From the IMG/VR virus record IMGVR_UViG_3300028394_000034: a stretch of 64,000 nt of DNA; one strand, 5' to 3'. The notes under the pieces were generated by a model. That model did not search any database, was not told the origin of the DNA, and saw only the letters and a list, made by a program, of their open reading frames with translations. The DNA is from a virus. Of this stretch, positions 1 to 10,300 are shown in pieces (positions within the stretch are counted from its first letter, which is position 1; the number at the start of each line of letters is the position of its first letter). Made by a program: the position numbers and the translations under genes.

Positions 1-2019
1 GGTAATAGACTTCTTATTGTAGGAAACGGATCAAATACAATAAGACTAGTAGATATTACAAACACTCTGTTTTCAACTACAAATATTATACCAAATCCTT
101 TTACTTCTAATTCCTATATAGATGCATGTTATGGATCTGATTCCAATACTATTTATTTGTTGTCTTATAAAGGTTTTCCAGATTATAGTAATTCTCTTTA
201 TCTATTAACCATGAATAGTGATGGGACAGTAGCTCAGAATATACTAATAAGGACAATATCCTCTGTATCTTCTCCAGAATTATCAAAGATATTTTTCATA
301 GATAATAAGATATACTACTATTCTACTCAAAGCAGTGCTATTAATGTATATAGTTCAACTGGATCTCCACTAGGTTCTATTCCTCTATATATTTTTAATT
401 CTGGTTCACTAAGTTCATATAATATAATCTTATTAAAAGCATATACAGATACTATTAAACATAGACTGTATTTATATTGTCGTTCAGCATCTACTACTGT
501 TACTAATGTTTTTACTATTAATACTATTAATGATACTGTTATAGGATCGACTGTTGTTAATGGTTCCACTAATTTTGCTGGAATAGTTAGTGGAGATGTT
601 TTATCTATTGTTTCTGATAAATATCTCCGAGCAGTAGATACTACAAATAGACAAATTATCAATAATATTGATTTGACTCAATATGGATTAACAAATACAG
701 AAATCTCTAATATAAAAGGTCTTGCTTTCAAATCTAATGATCCTCCAAAGTTCACCCCAACAGCAACAAGAACGCCAACTCCAACTCCAACACTAACCCC
801 ATCAGTAACAGCAACACAAACCCCGACACCCACAATAACTCCAACTAAGACAGTAACACCGACCCCATCATTAACTCCTCCAGAGACACCACCAGCATTC
901 GTAAACAATATACTGTCTGCTGTAGGGTTAAATAATCTAGGACAATTAGGAGATGGTACATATAAATCTAAAAATAGATTCATAACTATAACTGCTCCTT
1001 CTGGAGATATTACTTCCACTAATTATCCAATTAGAGCTAGTGCTTTAGGTGACCATAATCTGATTATAGATTCAAATAATAGAATGTGGGGCTGGGGGGC
1101 TAATGATAAAGGACAGGTTGGAACAGCTAATTGGAAAGCAACGTCTATCTTTAATAACGGAAATACTCCCGACAATATCATCTATGATGGAATTGCTAAT
1201 AAGTATACATTGTTCAGTTCCAATATATCAAACACTGCCCTTATGTCTAGTGACGGTTTGAGTTGGGGACCAACATCTCTTCCTTCAAACTCCTTATGGT
1301 CAGCTTCTGCTGGATTTAATACAAAAATAGCAGGAATTCCAGCAAATATAGAAGCATCATCGTTCGTGGCTGCAAATGCATCAAACGTACTGGCTCAATA
1401 TAGTATGAGTACAAATGCTTGGACAACAAAGACATTGCCATCTGCAAATAATTGGACAACAATGACTCAAAATGGATCAAGATTCTTTATCTTCTCTAGC
1501 AATTCTTCTAAAGTAGTATATTTTGTTCCAGCTATTAATCTAGCTTCATTTTCTACAGGAGAAATTAGTCTTGGTACAACCTCTAATAGTATATATTGGA
1601 AATCAGCAGCATCATATAGCAAAAATATTGTTGCCATATCTTATAACAATAATATTATAACTAGAAGCTTAGACTCAGGAAATACTTGGACTATTACTAA
1701 TATGCCGGTATCTGCAAATTGGGAGCAGATTATTTATGTTGGACCTAGATTAATAGCAATTGCCTCAAATTTAGACGCAATCTATATTAGCGAAGATAAC
1801 GGAACAACATGGACACAGAAAAATTTACAAGTTTTTGGTGGATGGTCAAGTATAACCTACTTTAATAATACATTAATTTTAGTTGCAAAAAATGGCCTAT
1901 ACTACTTGATTAGTTCAGATAGTGGAAATACTTGGAGCAAAAAAATCCTTCCGTCAGGACTATATGTCACACCAACGCCAACCGCTACCTTAACTCCAAC
2001 ACCGAGTAAGGGTGTATAG
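1..2019 (+). CDS. Tail fibre/adhesin-like virion protein, 5'-truncated (beta-propeller, Thr-Pro linker, RCC1-like blades, BNR/Asp-box repeats)
   Basis: Frame is open from base 1 (GNRLLIVGNG...), so the true start lies upstream of the window. TPTPT linker at ~750-890; RCC1-like GLNNLGQLG and WGWGANDKGQVG; Asp-box motifs SLDSGNTW, SEDNGTTW, SSDSGNTW. Confidence 0.75.
   Translation, partial: GNRLLIVGNGSNTIRLVDITNTLFSTTNIIPNPFTSNSYIDACYGSDSNTIYLLSYKGFPDYSNSLYLLTMNSDGTVAQNILIRTISSVSSPELSKIFFIDNKIYYYSTQSSAINVYSSTGSPLGSIPLYIFNSGSLSSYNIILLKAYTDTIKHRLYLYCRSASTTVTNVFTINTINDTVIGSTVVNGSTNFAGIVSGDVLSIVSDKYLRAVDTTNRQIINNIDLTQYGLTNTEISNIKGLAFKSNDPPKFTPTATRTPTPTPTLTPSVTATQTPTPTITPTKTVTPTPSLTPPETPPAFVNNILSAVGLNNLGQLGDGTYKSKNRFITITAPSGDITSTNYPIRASALGDHNLIIDSNNRMWGWGANDKGQVGTANWKATSIFNNGNTPDNIIYDGIANKYTLFSSNISNTALMSSDGLSWGPTSLPSNSLWSASAGFNTKIAGIPANIEASSFVAANASNVLAQYSMSTNAWTTKTLPSANNWTTMTQNGSRFFIFSSNSSKVVYFVPAINLASFSTGEISLGTTSNSIYWKSAASYSKNIVAISYNNNIITRSLDSGNTWTITNMPVSANWEQIIYVGPRLIAIASNLDAIYISEDNGTTWTQKNLQVFGGWSSITYFNNTLILVAKNGLYYLISSDSGNTWSKKILPSGLYVTPTPTATLTPTPSKGV
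750..890 (+). repeat. Thr-Pro (ACT/ACA-CCA) low-complexity linker
   Basis: TPTPTPTLTPSVTATQTPTPT... Similar tracts at 1968-2003, 3700-3900, 6885-6920, 7318-7365 and 12720-12900. Confidence 0.9.
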
Positions 2020-2026
2020 AATAATA
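2011..2026 (+). promoter_or_regulatory. GGTGTA-TA motif, candidate phage promoter
   Basis: GGTGTATAGAATAATA overlaps the ORF1 stop and lies ~25 nt upstream of the 2049 ATG; the same core recurs in other gene-upstream regions. Confidence 0.45.
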
Positions 2027-2048
2027 CATAATTTATTTAGGATTAAAC

Positions 2049-5000
2049 ATGGTTAATTTCAGAAAATTAATAACTGGTAATGGTTTTGTACTAGGTATCG
2101 GAGACGAAAACGATAAATTATACGTTTTTGGGGACGAAATCAATAAAAATTCTATTAGTAGAATGGGAAATGATGGTGATTTATATGGGAGTAGATGGTC
2201 TTCAATTGCTGTAAATTATAAGCATTCCGCCGCTATTGATATTAATAATAAGCTATATATATGGGGAGATAATTATTACGGTCAATTAGGACTTGGTGGT
2301 AGTATATCAAATGCAGTTGACCCACAGCTTCTTAATAATGATTTATGGTCATCGGTTAGTTGTGGAGCGTTTCATACGTCTGCCATTAAAGGAGATGGAT
2401 CTTTATGGACTTGGGGAGATAATACTTTCGGACAAATAGGAAACGGAACAGTGGGTGGGAATTTTTCAAAATTCTTCCCTGTACAAATTTCTTCATATGA
2501 TTTTAATACTGTCTCTCTTCTTATGCATATGGATGGAATTGATGGAAGTTCAGTATTCACAGATAGTTCATTCAGAAATTTCACCTTGAACAAAGTTGGA
2601 TCTCCTGTGATCTCTACAGTTCAAAGTAAGTTTGGAAATTCTTCTTATTACAAGGGAACATCATCTTCTTCTTGTCTTTATACTATAGATGATGCTTTTA
2701 AGTTTGGATCTGAAGACTTTACTGTAGAAGCATATGTATATTTGATTGGAGGAAGTTTAGGCTACAATATTTTAATGGATACTCGGAAAACTAGCGATGG
2801 TTCTGGAGGTTCTTGGTTTGGAGTCTATAATGGTATGCTCTATTATGAAGATAAACCAACAATTAGTATGCCTACTAATAAATGGGTTCATGTTGCTTTT
2901 GTTAGAAGCTCAGGATCTTTAAAGCTATATCTAGATGGAGTTTTAGTTTATACCATAACTTCTACTATAGATTATAGTTCAGGATATTTTTCTCTAGGAG
3001 GAGCCAGCTACTCTTCGTTAGGAGCAACTCCATTTAATGGATATATTGACGAAGTAAGAATAAGCAAAGGAGTTCCAAGATACTTAACCAACTTTACTCC
3101 AACAACAGTCCCATTTACCAATATTAATGAAGTTTATACTAAGGTAGTTAGTGGTACAAATTTTAATATTGCTATTAAAAATGACGGGACTTTATGGTCA
3201 TGGGGAAATAATACCTATGGTCAATTAGGACTATCAGATAATCTTTCTAGATATATTCCAACTCAAATAACAGGAACTAACTGGGCAGATATTTCTTGTG
3301 GGGATGGGCATGTTATTGCTATAAAATCTAATGGAGAACTATATTCTTGGGGATATAATCAAAATGGAGAATGTGGATTAGGAGATAATTCAAATAAAAA
3401 TGCACCTAATAAAATCACACTCCTTAAAGCGAATGATAGTCCAATTAACTTAGTTGGAATAACTGTAGACAATCAAAAAAGAATAGCCTGTGGAAGAAAC
3501 CACAGTTTTATCATCGCAAATACTGCTGGTGTAAATAATGTTTTATATGGAACAGGAAAGAATGATAATGGACAATTAGGAACAGGAGACAGTATAGCGA
3601 AAAATTTCTTTACTGCTATAGACTTGAGTAAACGACATCTTTCTGTTAATGCTGGAGCAAGTCATAGTATTGTTAAGCTAGATATTCCTGCTAATCAGCC
3701 TACTCCATCTCCAACCCCTACATCTACCGTTACTCCTACTGTAACTCAAACAATTACTCCTACAGTAACACCAACTGTTAGTATTACTCCAACAATAACT
3801 CCAACTAAGAGTGTTACTCCAACGGTAACCCCAACAATATCGTCATCCCCAATACTTACCAGAACTCCTACTCCAACAGTAACTCCTTCTCAAACTCCGC
3901 CCTCAAGAATTGGTAAATTTTGGATACCAATGACCGCTCTAAGTAAAGTTTGGAGCGGTATAGCCTACTCATCATCTCTAAATAAATTTATAGGGGTTCC
4001 TATTGGAAATATAGGCATGGTTAGTTCGGTTGGCGTAGGCAATTCTTGGCAAGAATCCAATCTTCTGCCTAACTCCATAATATGGAATGTAATTGACGGA
4101 GGAGACTTTATCTTAGGATATGGACCTAACACACTATATACTGCAATAAGTAATGATGGATTTACTTGGGCTCCTGGTCCTAATTCTCGTCAAGATACTC
4201 AGTCTCAAGAAGGATCAATTATTAGTACCTCTAAAGTAGGAAATCAGATAATATCTCTTACATATCCGCTTGATGCTATTTCTCCATTAGGTTATAGAAT
4301 TCTCAAAAAAGACAATTCATCTTTAGTTTTTTCAAATAGAATATACCATAAAGACTCTAATAATAAGAATATTATCTATAAAGATAGTGCTAATTGCAAT
4401 AATGTTGCTAAAACACTAACTGACGTAAGATACAATGGAGGACCCGGACCATATGGTACTTATGATATGGGAGGGAACGTTTATAATTGGACAGATACTA
4501 CAGCAGGATCTTATAAAGTTTATAGAGGTAACAATTATCTCAGTAATTTTAATACCTCTAGAAATTATAGTGTATCCCCAACAACAACTGATGGTAGCAT
4601 AGGAGTTAGATTTGTTACAACTCAAAGCTCTCCATCTTATAGTTCTTTTGTTTCTGTCGGAGATGCTGGAAATAGCGGAAATTCTGGATATGGTGCCGTC
4701 TCATATAACTATAAGATTCAAAAATATCCAGTAACGTGTTCTGAATATGTTGAATTTTTAAATGCTGTTGCTTTAAATGGTGATCCAAACTCATTATACG
4801 ATCCCTTGATGAGTGAATACTCCGTACCATATGGAGTAAAGAGTCAAATAAACTTATCTTCTGGAACTTCAGGATATCCTAGAGTACTTTTAGTTAAAGA
4901 TGTTTTTCTTTATGTTATTCATTATCCTATTGGTGGTTCGTATATAGAAGTTATAGATACTAGCACAGATACTATCGTTAAACAAATTCCATTCGGAGGA

Positions 5001-7376
5001 GGCGGGGCATCTGATATTTTTGCAGTATTTAATTCAGATAAGACTAAGATATATATTCATCCTTATGGAAGTTATTTTATTTATGAACTAGATACAACGA
5101 CTAACACAGTATCTACTATGACTAGTCTTTTCCAAAGTTCTACTTTTAGTAATGTTTGGTCTGACATGATATATGATCAAACAAATGACAGACTTTTATT
5201 TTTATCTTGGGGAGCTTTTGAGGTCAAAGCATTTAATTTAGCTACAAAAACTGCTACTACCATAATTAAAAATTCAACCACAACTTTAGGTTTTATTTAT
5301 AGATCCAATGCGTTTTTGTATAATAATAAACTATATGCATTAAGTTCTACATATAGTAGTCTTAATACAACTTCTGGAACATTATCAGTAATTAATTTAT
5401 CAAATAATACATCAACAAACTATGCAATAGATAGCGGACCACTCAGCTCAGGCTTTAATGAAACAACAGGCAAAATATATATTGGTTGTAATAATTATTC
5501 TACTACTACAAATAAAATAAAAGTATTTGATATTGCTCAAAACTTATTCGAAACAGATATTAGTTTAAATTTAGGATCTAGAAGAATATATAAATTCTTA
5601 GTAGATAAAACTAATAATAAAATTTATGTATGTGGAGGAAATACTAGTGGAGGCTTTGTTATTACTATTGTTCCAGGTCCTGTTTCTGCTTCTGTTTCTT
5701 TATTAGATATTAATTCTAATATAGAGTCTATAGCACTAGATAGCACAAAGAATAAACTGTTCGTTTCTTCACAATCTTTGACAGGTATCGGGGGAGGCAG
5801 ATATCCAGTAATAGTATCTGTTATAGATACAAGCAATACTACTCTATTAAAAACAACACAACTACCAATAATATTAGGAGCCCATTTAGTTTCAATTGAT
5901 TCTTTAAATAAAATATATATTGCAGGAAGTACATTTTCGAGTTTTTTTACTGGTTCTGTGGTATCAATTTCTTCATTATCAGGGACCTACTCAGTAAAGA
6001 GTGGATTAGATTATTATCCAGCAAGATACATAAATTTCTACAATGCTGCAAGAATGGCTAATTGGCTTAGTAATGGAAAACCAACAGGTACCCAAACAGC
6101 ATCGACAACAGAAAACGGGGCTTATAATTTAAGTGCAGGAAATACTGGGACACCAGAAAGGAATACTGCTAATCCTAATACTGGAGGAGGAGCGCCTTTA
6201 TATTATATAGCAAATGAGAACGAATGGTACAAAGCAGCTGCTTATAAGGGAGGAAGTACTAATGCTGGTTATTGGAATTATTATACGGCTAGTGACAAAG
6301 CTCCAAAAGCTATTTCTTTAGACTCTAATGGAGAGTCTATTAATTTAGTTCTAAACTCAGTAGCATCAAGAGAAAAAGATGGACTAACAGTTATGGTTGG
6401 AGATGATATTGTTTTAGTTGGTAATCCTATAACAAATGTTTGGACCAAAACAGACATAGCTTTTGCCAGTACCAATAATAGCAATAGCTATAAGAGTCCT
6501 TACCACATACTAATGAATAATTCAAGCACTATAGTAGTGATTCCTAAGAGTGTCTGGCCAAACCCATTACCAACTACTACCTATATTTATAGTACAGATA
6601 ATGGAGTTACTTGGACAGCCGCAACCCTATTTGTTCCGTCTGGGACAACAATAGGGGCTGCAATCTATAGTAATGGATATTTTGTTCTTATTCCAATAAC
6701 CACGACAAGTAGAACTGACTCGGTATATTTATCGACAGATGGAATTAATTGGACATCTTATGATGTCCCTTACCTAAAAGGTAAAACCTGGATAGGAATG
6801 GCTAGTAAAGAAAATCTAATTGTTCTACTGTCAAATAGTTCTGCTGGGGCAATAAGTTATAGTGACGATATTTTAATAACAAGTCCAACTCCAACCCCAA
6901 CAATCACAACGACACCCTCATCCCTTAGCATTTCCATTACTGAACAACCTTTAGACCAGTCCGTTCAACTAAATGTGGATAGTACCTCTGGACCAACAGT
7001 TATTTTTTCTGTTTCTGCTATTAGCAGAGCTCAAATCTCATATCAATGGCAGCAATCAATTGATAATGGAGTATCTTTTAGCAATATAGTTGGAGAAAAT
7101 AGTTCAAGTTTAACCATATCAGATATTACATTAGATGATAATAATTCTAAATATAGAGTAGTATTAACCTCTCCGGGTCTTCAAACAGTTACTAGTTCAA
7201 TAGCAACACTAAAAGTATTAACTGGTTCGTGTATAACTATATCTCAACAGCCTGTTGATACGATAGCTTCTAATGCTTCTGTCACATTAACTGTGAATGC
7301 TCGTATTCCTTGTGCTGAAACTCCAACTCCAACTCCTACTCCAACCGTAACACCATCAGCAACTCGAAGGATTTAA
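2049..7376 (+). CDS. 1775-aa modular tail fibre/receptor-binding protein (RCC1 propeller, LamG, Thr-Pro linker, permuted FGE/C-type-lectin domain with inserted beta-propeller, Asp-box, Ig-like)
   Basis: About 7 RCC1 repeats (e.g. WSSVSCGAFHTSAIKGDGSLWTWGDNTFGQIG); LamG (LLMHMDG...WVHVAFVR...FNGYIDEVRISKG); YGTYDMGGNV and NEWYKAA FGE motifs; YQWQQSIDNG...YRVV Ig repeat. Confidence 0.8.
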   Translation: MVNFRKLITGNGFVLGIGDENDKLYVFGDEINKNSISRMGNDGDLYGSRWSSIAVNYKHSAAIDINNKLYIWGDNYYGQLGLGGSISNAVDPQLLNNDLWSSVSCGAFHTSAIKGDGSLWTWGDNTFGQIGNGTVGGNFSKFFPVQISSYDFNTVSLLMHMDGIDGSSVFTDSSFRNFTLNKVGSPVISTVQSKFGNSSYYKGTSSSSCLYTIDDAFKFGSEDFTVEAYVYLIGGSLGYNILMDTRKTSDGSGGSWFGVYNGMLYYEDKPTISMPTNKWVHVAFVRSSGSLKLYLDGVLVYTITSTIDYSSGYFSLGGASYSSLGATPFNGYIDEVRISKGVPRYLTNFTPTTVPFTNINEVYTKVVSGTNFNIAIKNDGTLWSWGNNTYGQLGLSDNLSRYIPTQITGTNWADISCGDGHVIAIKSNGELYSWGYNQNGECGLGDNSNKNAPNKITLLKANDSPINLVGITVDNQKRIACGRNHSFIIANTAGVNNVLYGTGKNDNGQLGTGDSIAKNFFTAIDLSKRHLSVNAGASHSIVKLDIPANQPTPSPTPTSTVTPTVTQTITPTVTPTVSITPTITPTKSVTPTVTPTISSSPILTRTPTPTVTPSQTPPSRIGKFWIPMTALSKVWSGIAYSSSLNKFIGVPIGNIGMVSSVGVGNSWQESNLLPNSIIWNVIDGGDFILGYGPNTLYTAISNDGFTWAPGPNSRQDTQSQEGSIISTSKVGNQIISLTYPLDAISPLGYRILKKDNSSLVFSNRIYHKDSNNKNIIYKDSANCNNVAKTLTDVRYNGGPGPYGTYDMGGNVYNWTDTTAGSYKVYRGNNYLSNFNTSRNYSVSPTTTDGSIGVRFVTTQSSPSYSSFVSVGDAGNSGNSGYGAVSYNYKIQKYPVTCSEYVEFLNAVALNGDPNSLYDPLMSEYSVPYGVKSQINLSSGTSGYPRVLLVKDVFLYVIHYPIGGSYIEVIDTSTDTIVKQIPFGGGGASDIFAVFNSDKTKIYIHPYGSYFIYELDTTTNTVSTMTSLFQSSTFSNVWSDMIYDQTNDRLLFLSWGAFEVKAFNLATKTATTIIKNSTTTLGFIYRSNAFLYNNKLYALSSTYSSLNTTSGTLSVINLSNNTSTNYAIDSGPLSSGFNETTGKIYIGCNNYSTTTNKIKVFDIAQNLFETDISLNLGSRRIYKFLVDKTNNKIYVCGGNTSGGFVITIVPGPVSASVSLLDINSNIESIALDSTKNKLFVSSQSLTGIGGGRYPVIVSVIDTSNTTLLKTTQLPIILGAHLVSIDSLNKIYIAGSTFSSFFTGSVVSISSLSGTYSVKSGLDYYPARYINFYNAARMANWLSNGKPTGTQTASTTENGAYNLSAGNTGTPERNTANPNTGGGAPLYYIANENEWYKAAAYKGGSTNAGYWNYYTASDKAPKAISLDSNGESINLVLNSVASREKDGLTVMVGDDIVLVGNPITNVWTKTDIAFASTNNSNSYKSPYHILMNNSSTIVVIPKSVWPNPLPTTTYIYSTDNGVTWTAATLFVPSGTTIGAAIYSNGYFVLIPITTTSRTDSVYLSTDGINWTSYDVPYLKGKTWIGMASKENLIVLLSNSSAGAISYSDDILITSPTPTPTITTTPSSLSISITEQPLDQSVQLNVDSTSGPTVIFSVSAISRAQISYQWQQSIDNGVSFSNIVGENSSSLTISDITLDDNNSKYRVVLTSPGLQTVTSSIATLKVLTGSCITISQQPVDTIASNASVTLTVNARIPCAETPTPTPTPTVTPSATRRI
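3700..3900 (+). repeat. Thr-Pro low-complexity linker
   Basis: About 65-aa PTPSPTPTSTVTPTVTQTITPT... tract; shares ACAATAACTCCAACTAAGA with ~833-851. Confidence 0.9.
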
Positions 7377-7379
7377 CAA

Positions 7380-10300
7380 ATGAGTCTAGCATATCAATGG
7401 CAAGTTTCAACAGATGGCGGGGTAACATATTCAGATATACCAGCAAATACTCCTGGTGTTACTGGAGAAACTTCTTCTTCTTTGATATTAACTGGACTTA
7501 CAGCCTCTAATAATAAATCTAAATATAGAGTTAGATTATCAGACACCGATGCGGTAACATCTCCTACAAACAGCAAACCAGCAACAATAACAACCGCCCC
7601 ATCGGTATCGATTGCTAACCTATCAAACGCTTTTTCTTCAAATGGATCTGCAACTATTACTGTTAGTGCAACATCTGATATTGGTAGTTTATCTTATCAA
7701 TGGCAAAAGTCAACAGACGGAATTAGCTTTATTAATCTTAATGATGTTACTGGATCAGTTTCTGGTTCTAATACAAGCTCTTTGGTTCTAAGTAATCTTG
7801 TTCCAGCTATCGATAATAATACTAAATATAGAGTTGTTGTTGGAGGACAATGTTGTGGTACCACAACTCTTTATAGTAATAGTACCATATCAACATTAAC
7901 AGTTCAATCTACTAATCAAACAATAAGAATAATTGCTCATCCAACAGACGAACTGATTATCAATGGATTAGCAACCTTTACAGTTTCTGCAACAACAACT
8001 AGTGATATCGGTCTTATTAATACTGGATCTGTTATTGGATATCAATGGCAAAAATTTATTAATAATGCTTGGACAAATATTTTAGGTGCTACAAAGAGTA
8101 GCTTAAATTTATCTGGACTAGTAAAAGCAGATGCTAATTCTCAATATAGAGTTGTGGTTTATGACTTCAATGGGTCAATATCCTCTAATATTGCACAAAT
8201 CTTTAATAGTAGTACTGTTCCTCCATGCTATCCTCAATGTGGTGGTCAAGGATGGGGAGACGTTCATTATTATATAGAAGGTCCAGGGCGCTCATTTTTA
8301 GCTAGATTAGATGATAATCCACCAGGAGCTAAAAACGAACACCTAATATTGTATATTAAAAATAACAAAACAAATAATGAATATAGATTATCGGCAACAT
8401 TAAAGGGGTGGCCGGTAGTAAGTAATCCCAATCCTTTAATATTTGACAAAATTTACTTTAAAACTTTTGATGGACAACAAAATACAACTAAAATTGAAGA
8501 GCTGTCATTAGGATCAAAAAAAGTTATAGAAAATATAGTCTCTTTTACCACCTCTCCTCTAGTTATGCCTTTTGTATGGGAAATATTGAATCCGACTAAT
8601 ATTGCTGAAATTAATAATTTAGATATTACTATAGGAGGAGTTTGGTATTGGATTAATAAATCTTTCATAGAATATAAAAAATCAAATCCTAAATTTGCAA
8701 AATTAGGCTGGCCTAATATTTCGGGAGCAGCAGTTGATGGAATAGGCATGGTTTTAAAACCATATTCTATAGTTAGGTCGGATTTTGAAAAAGCAGCATC
8801 AGCACAAGCTGGATCAGCAGAGTTATCTAAGGTTTGTGAAACTCTTGTTAATGATGATGGTGTTAAAAATTTCTGGCAGGATCTAACAGGAGTATTAAAT
8901 CAAATTCCATATGATCCAACTACTGGAAAATGGAAAAATCAAGTAGAAAAAATTATTTGTATAACATCAAACCCGATATCTGCAATAGCTCAGAATGGAT
9001 CAGCAACATTTTATTGTTCTAGCAATTACTCTACTGATTTCGTTTGGCAAAAATCTAAAGACAACGGTATTTCTTGGACTGATATAACGTCAAATAATGA
9101 TACAAATTTTATTATATCTGGAGACAAAAACTCAGTACAATCTTCTCTTCAAAAGTATAATTTGACAGTATCAAATAATGGAGAACTATATAGAGCATTA
9201 TTACAGAATAAGAGTATCACAAGCAATTCAGCTAAATTAACCTATACTGCTTCTAATCTTTCTATCCTAACAGAACCAGTTAATCAAAATAGTATTAATT
9301 TACAAGCTACATTTACTAGTTATGCTAGTGGAACAGCTCCTATTAGTTATCAGTGGTATAAATCTGATAATAATGGTGAAATATTTGATAAAATATCTGG
9401 AGCAGTTAGTTCTGGAATATCTCTTACTAATCTTAATATGAATGATGACGGAGATCTTTATAGAGTAAATATCAAAGACGGAGCAGGAAACTCCTACGAT
9501 TCAAAAATAGCAAAACTAACAATTAATCCAGTTATAACAATAACAAATCAGCCAACTAATCAAACAGCTTCAAATGAAGAGACCGCCACCTTCATAACAT
9601 CTGCAACCTGCAATAACGGAGATATCTCTTATATCTGGGAAATGTCTCATGATGGAAAACAGTTTTCTCCCGTTGGAGGGGGTAGTCCTAGTGGAGTATT
9701 AGCTTTATCTGGGCTTAAAAGCTATAACAATGGAGATATATATAGGGCAAAAATAATATCTTTACTTAAATCAAATTCTGTTTATACTAACAATGTTACT
9801 CTTAGTGTTCCAAGAAGCTTATCTATAGCTACCCAACCAACTGATCAATTAGCTATAAATGGAACTGCAACTTTTAGTATAAATGCTTCTACTACACAAT
9901 CTAGTATAACATACCAGTGGCAAAAATCAACAGACGGTATAAACTATACCAATATAGCCCAAGCAACCGGATCTTCTCTTGTTCTTAGTAATCTTACTTT
10001 ACAAGATGACAATACTAAATTTAGAGTTATTTTACAAGATGACAGGGATTACTTAGTAAGTAATACTGCTAATCTAGATACTACTCCCCAAATAACTATT
10101 ACTCAACAACCAACAAGCTACACAGCAACTAATTATAGTGTTGATTTAACCTGTAATGCCACAACTACTGGTGGAGCTATCGCTATTCAGTGGCAACAAA
10201 GTAGAGGAGATTATGAGTATTATACCAATATTTCTGGAGTAACAGCAACAACAAATAGACTAATACAACAGATTACTCCTGATGAAAATGGCAAGAAATT

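Noticed and set aside
327-1019. Antisense ORFs such as 327-662, 678-1019 and 12415-12912 (VGVGV-rich)
   Set aside because: They are reverse-complement shadows of TP linkers and long genes, with no SD; the same applies to the + strand ORFs shadowing the - strand operon.
2049-3700. Eukaryotic or giant-virus origin suggested by RCC1 repeats
   Set aside because: SD sites, operon coupling, sigma70 promoters and DnaE/DnaB/DnaG/RecA indicate a bacteriophage; RCC1-like repeats also occur in bacterial and phage surface proteins.
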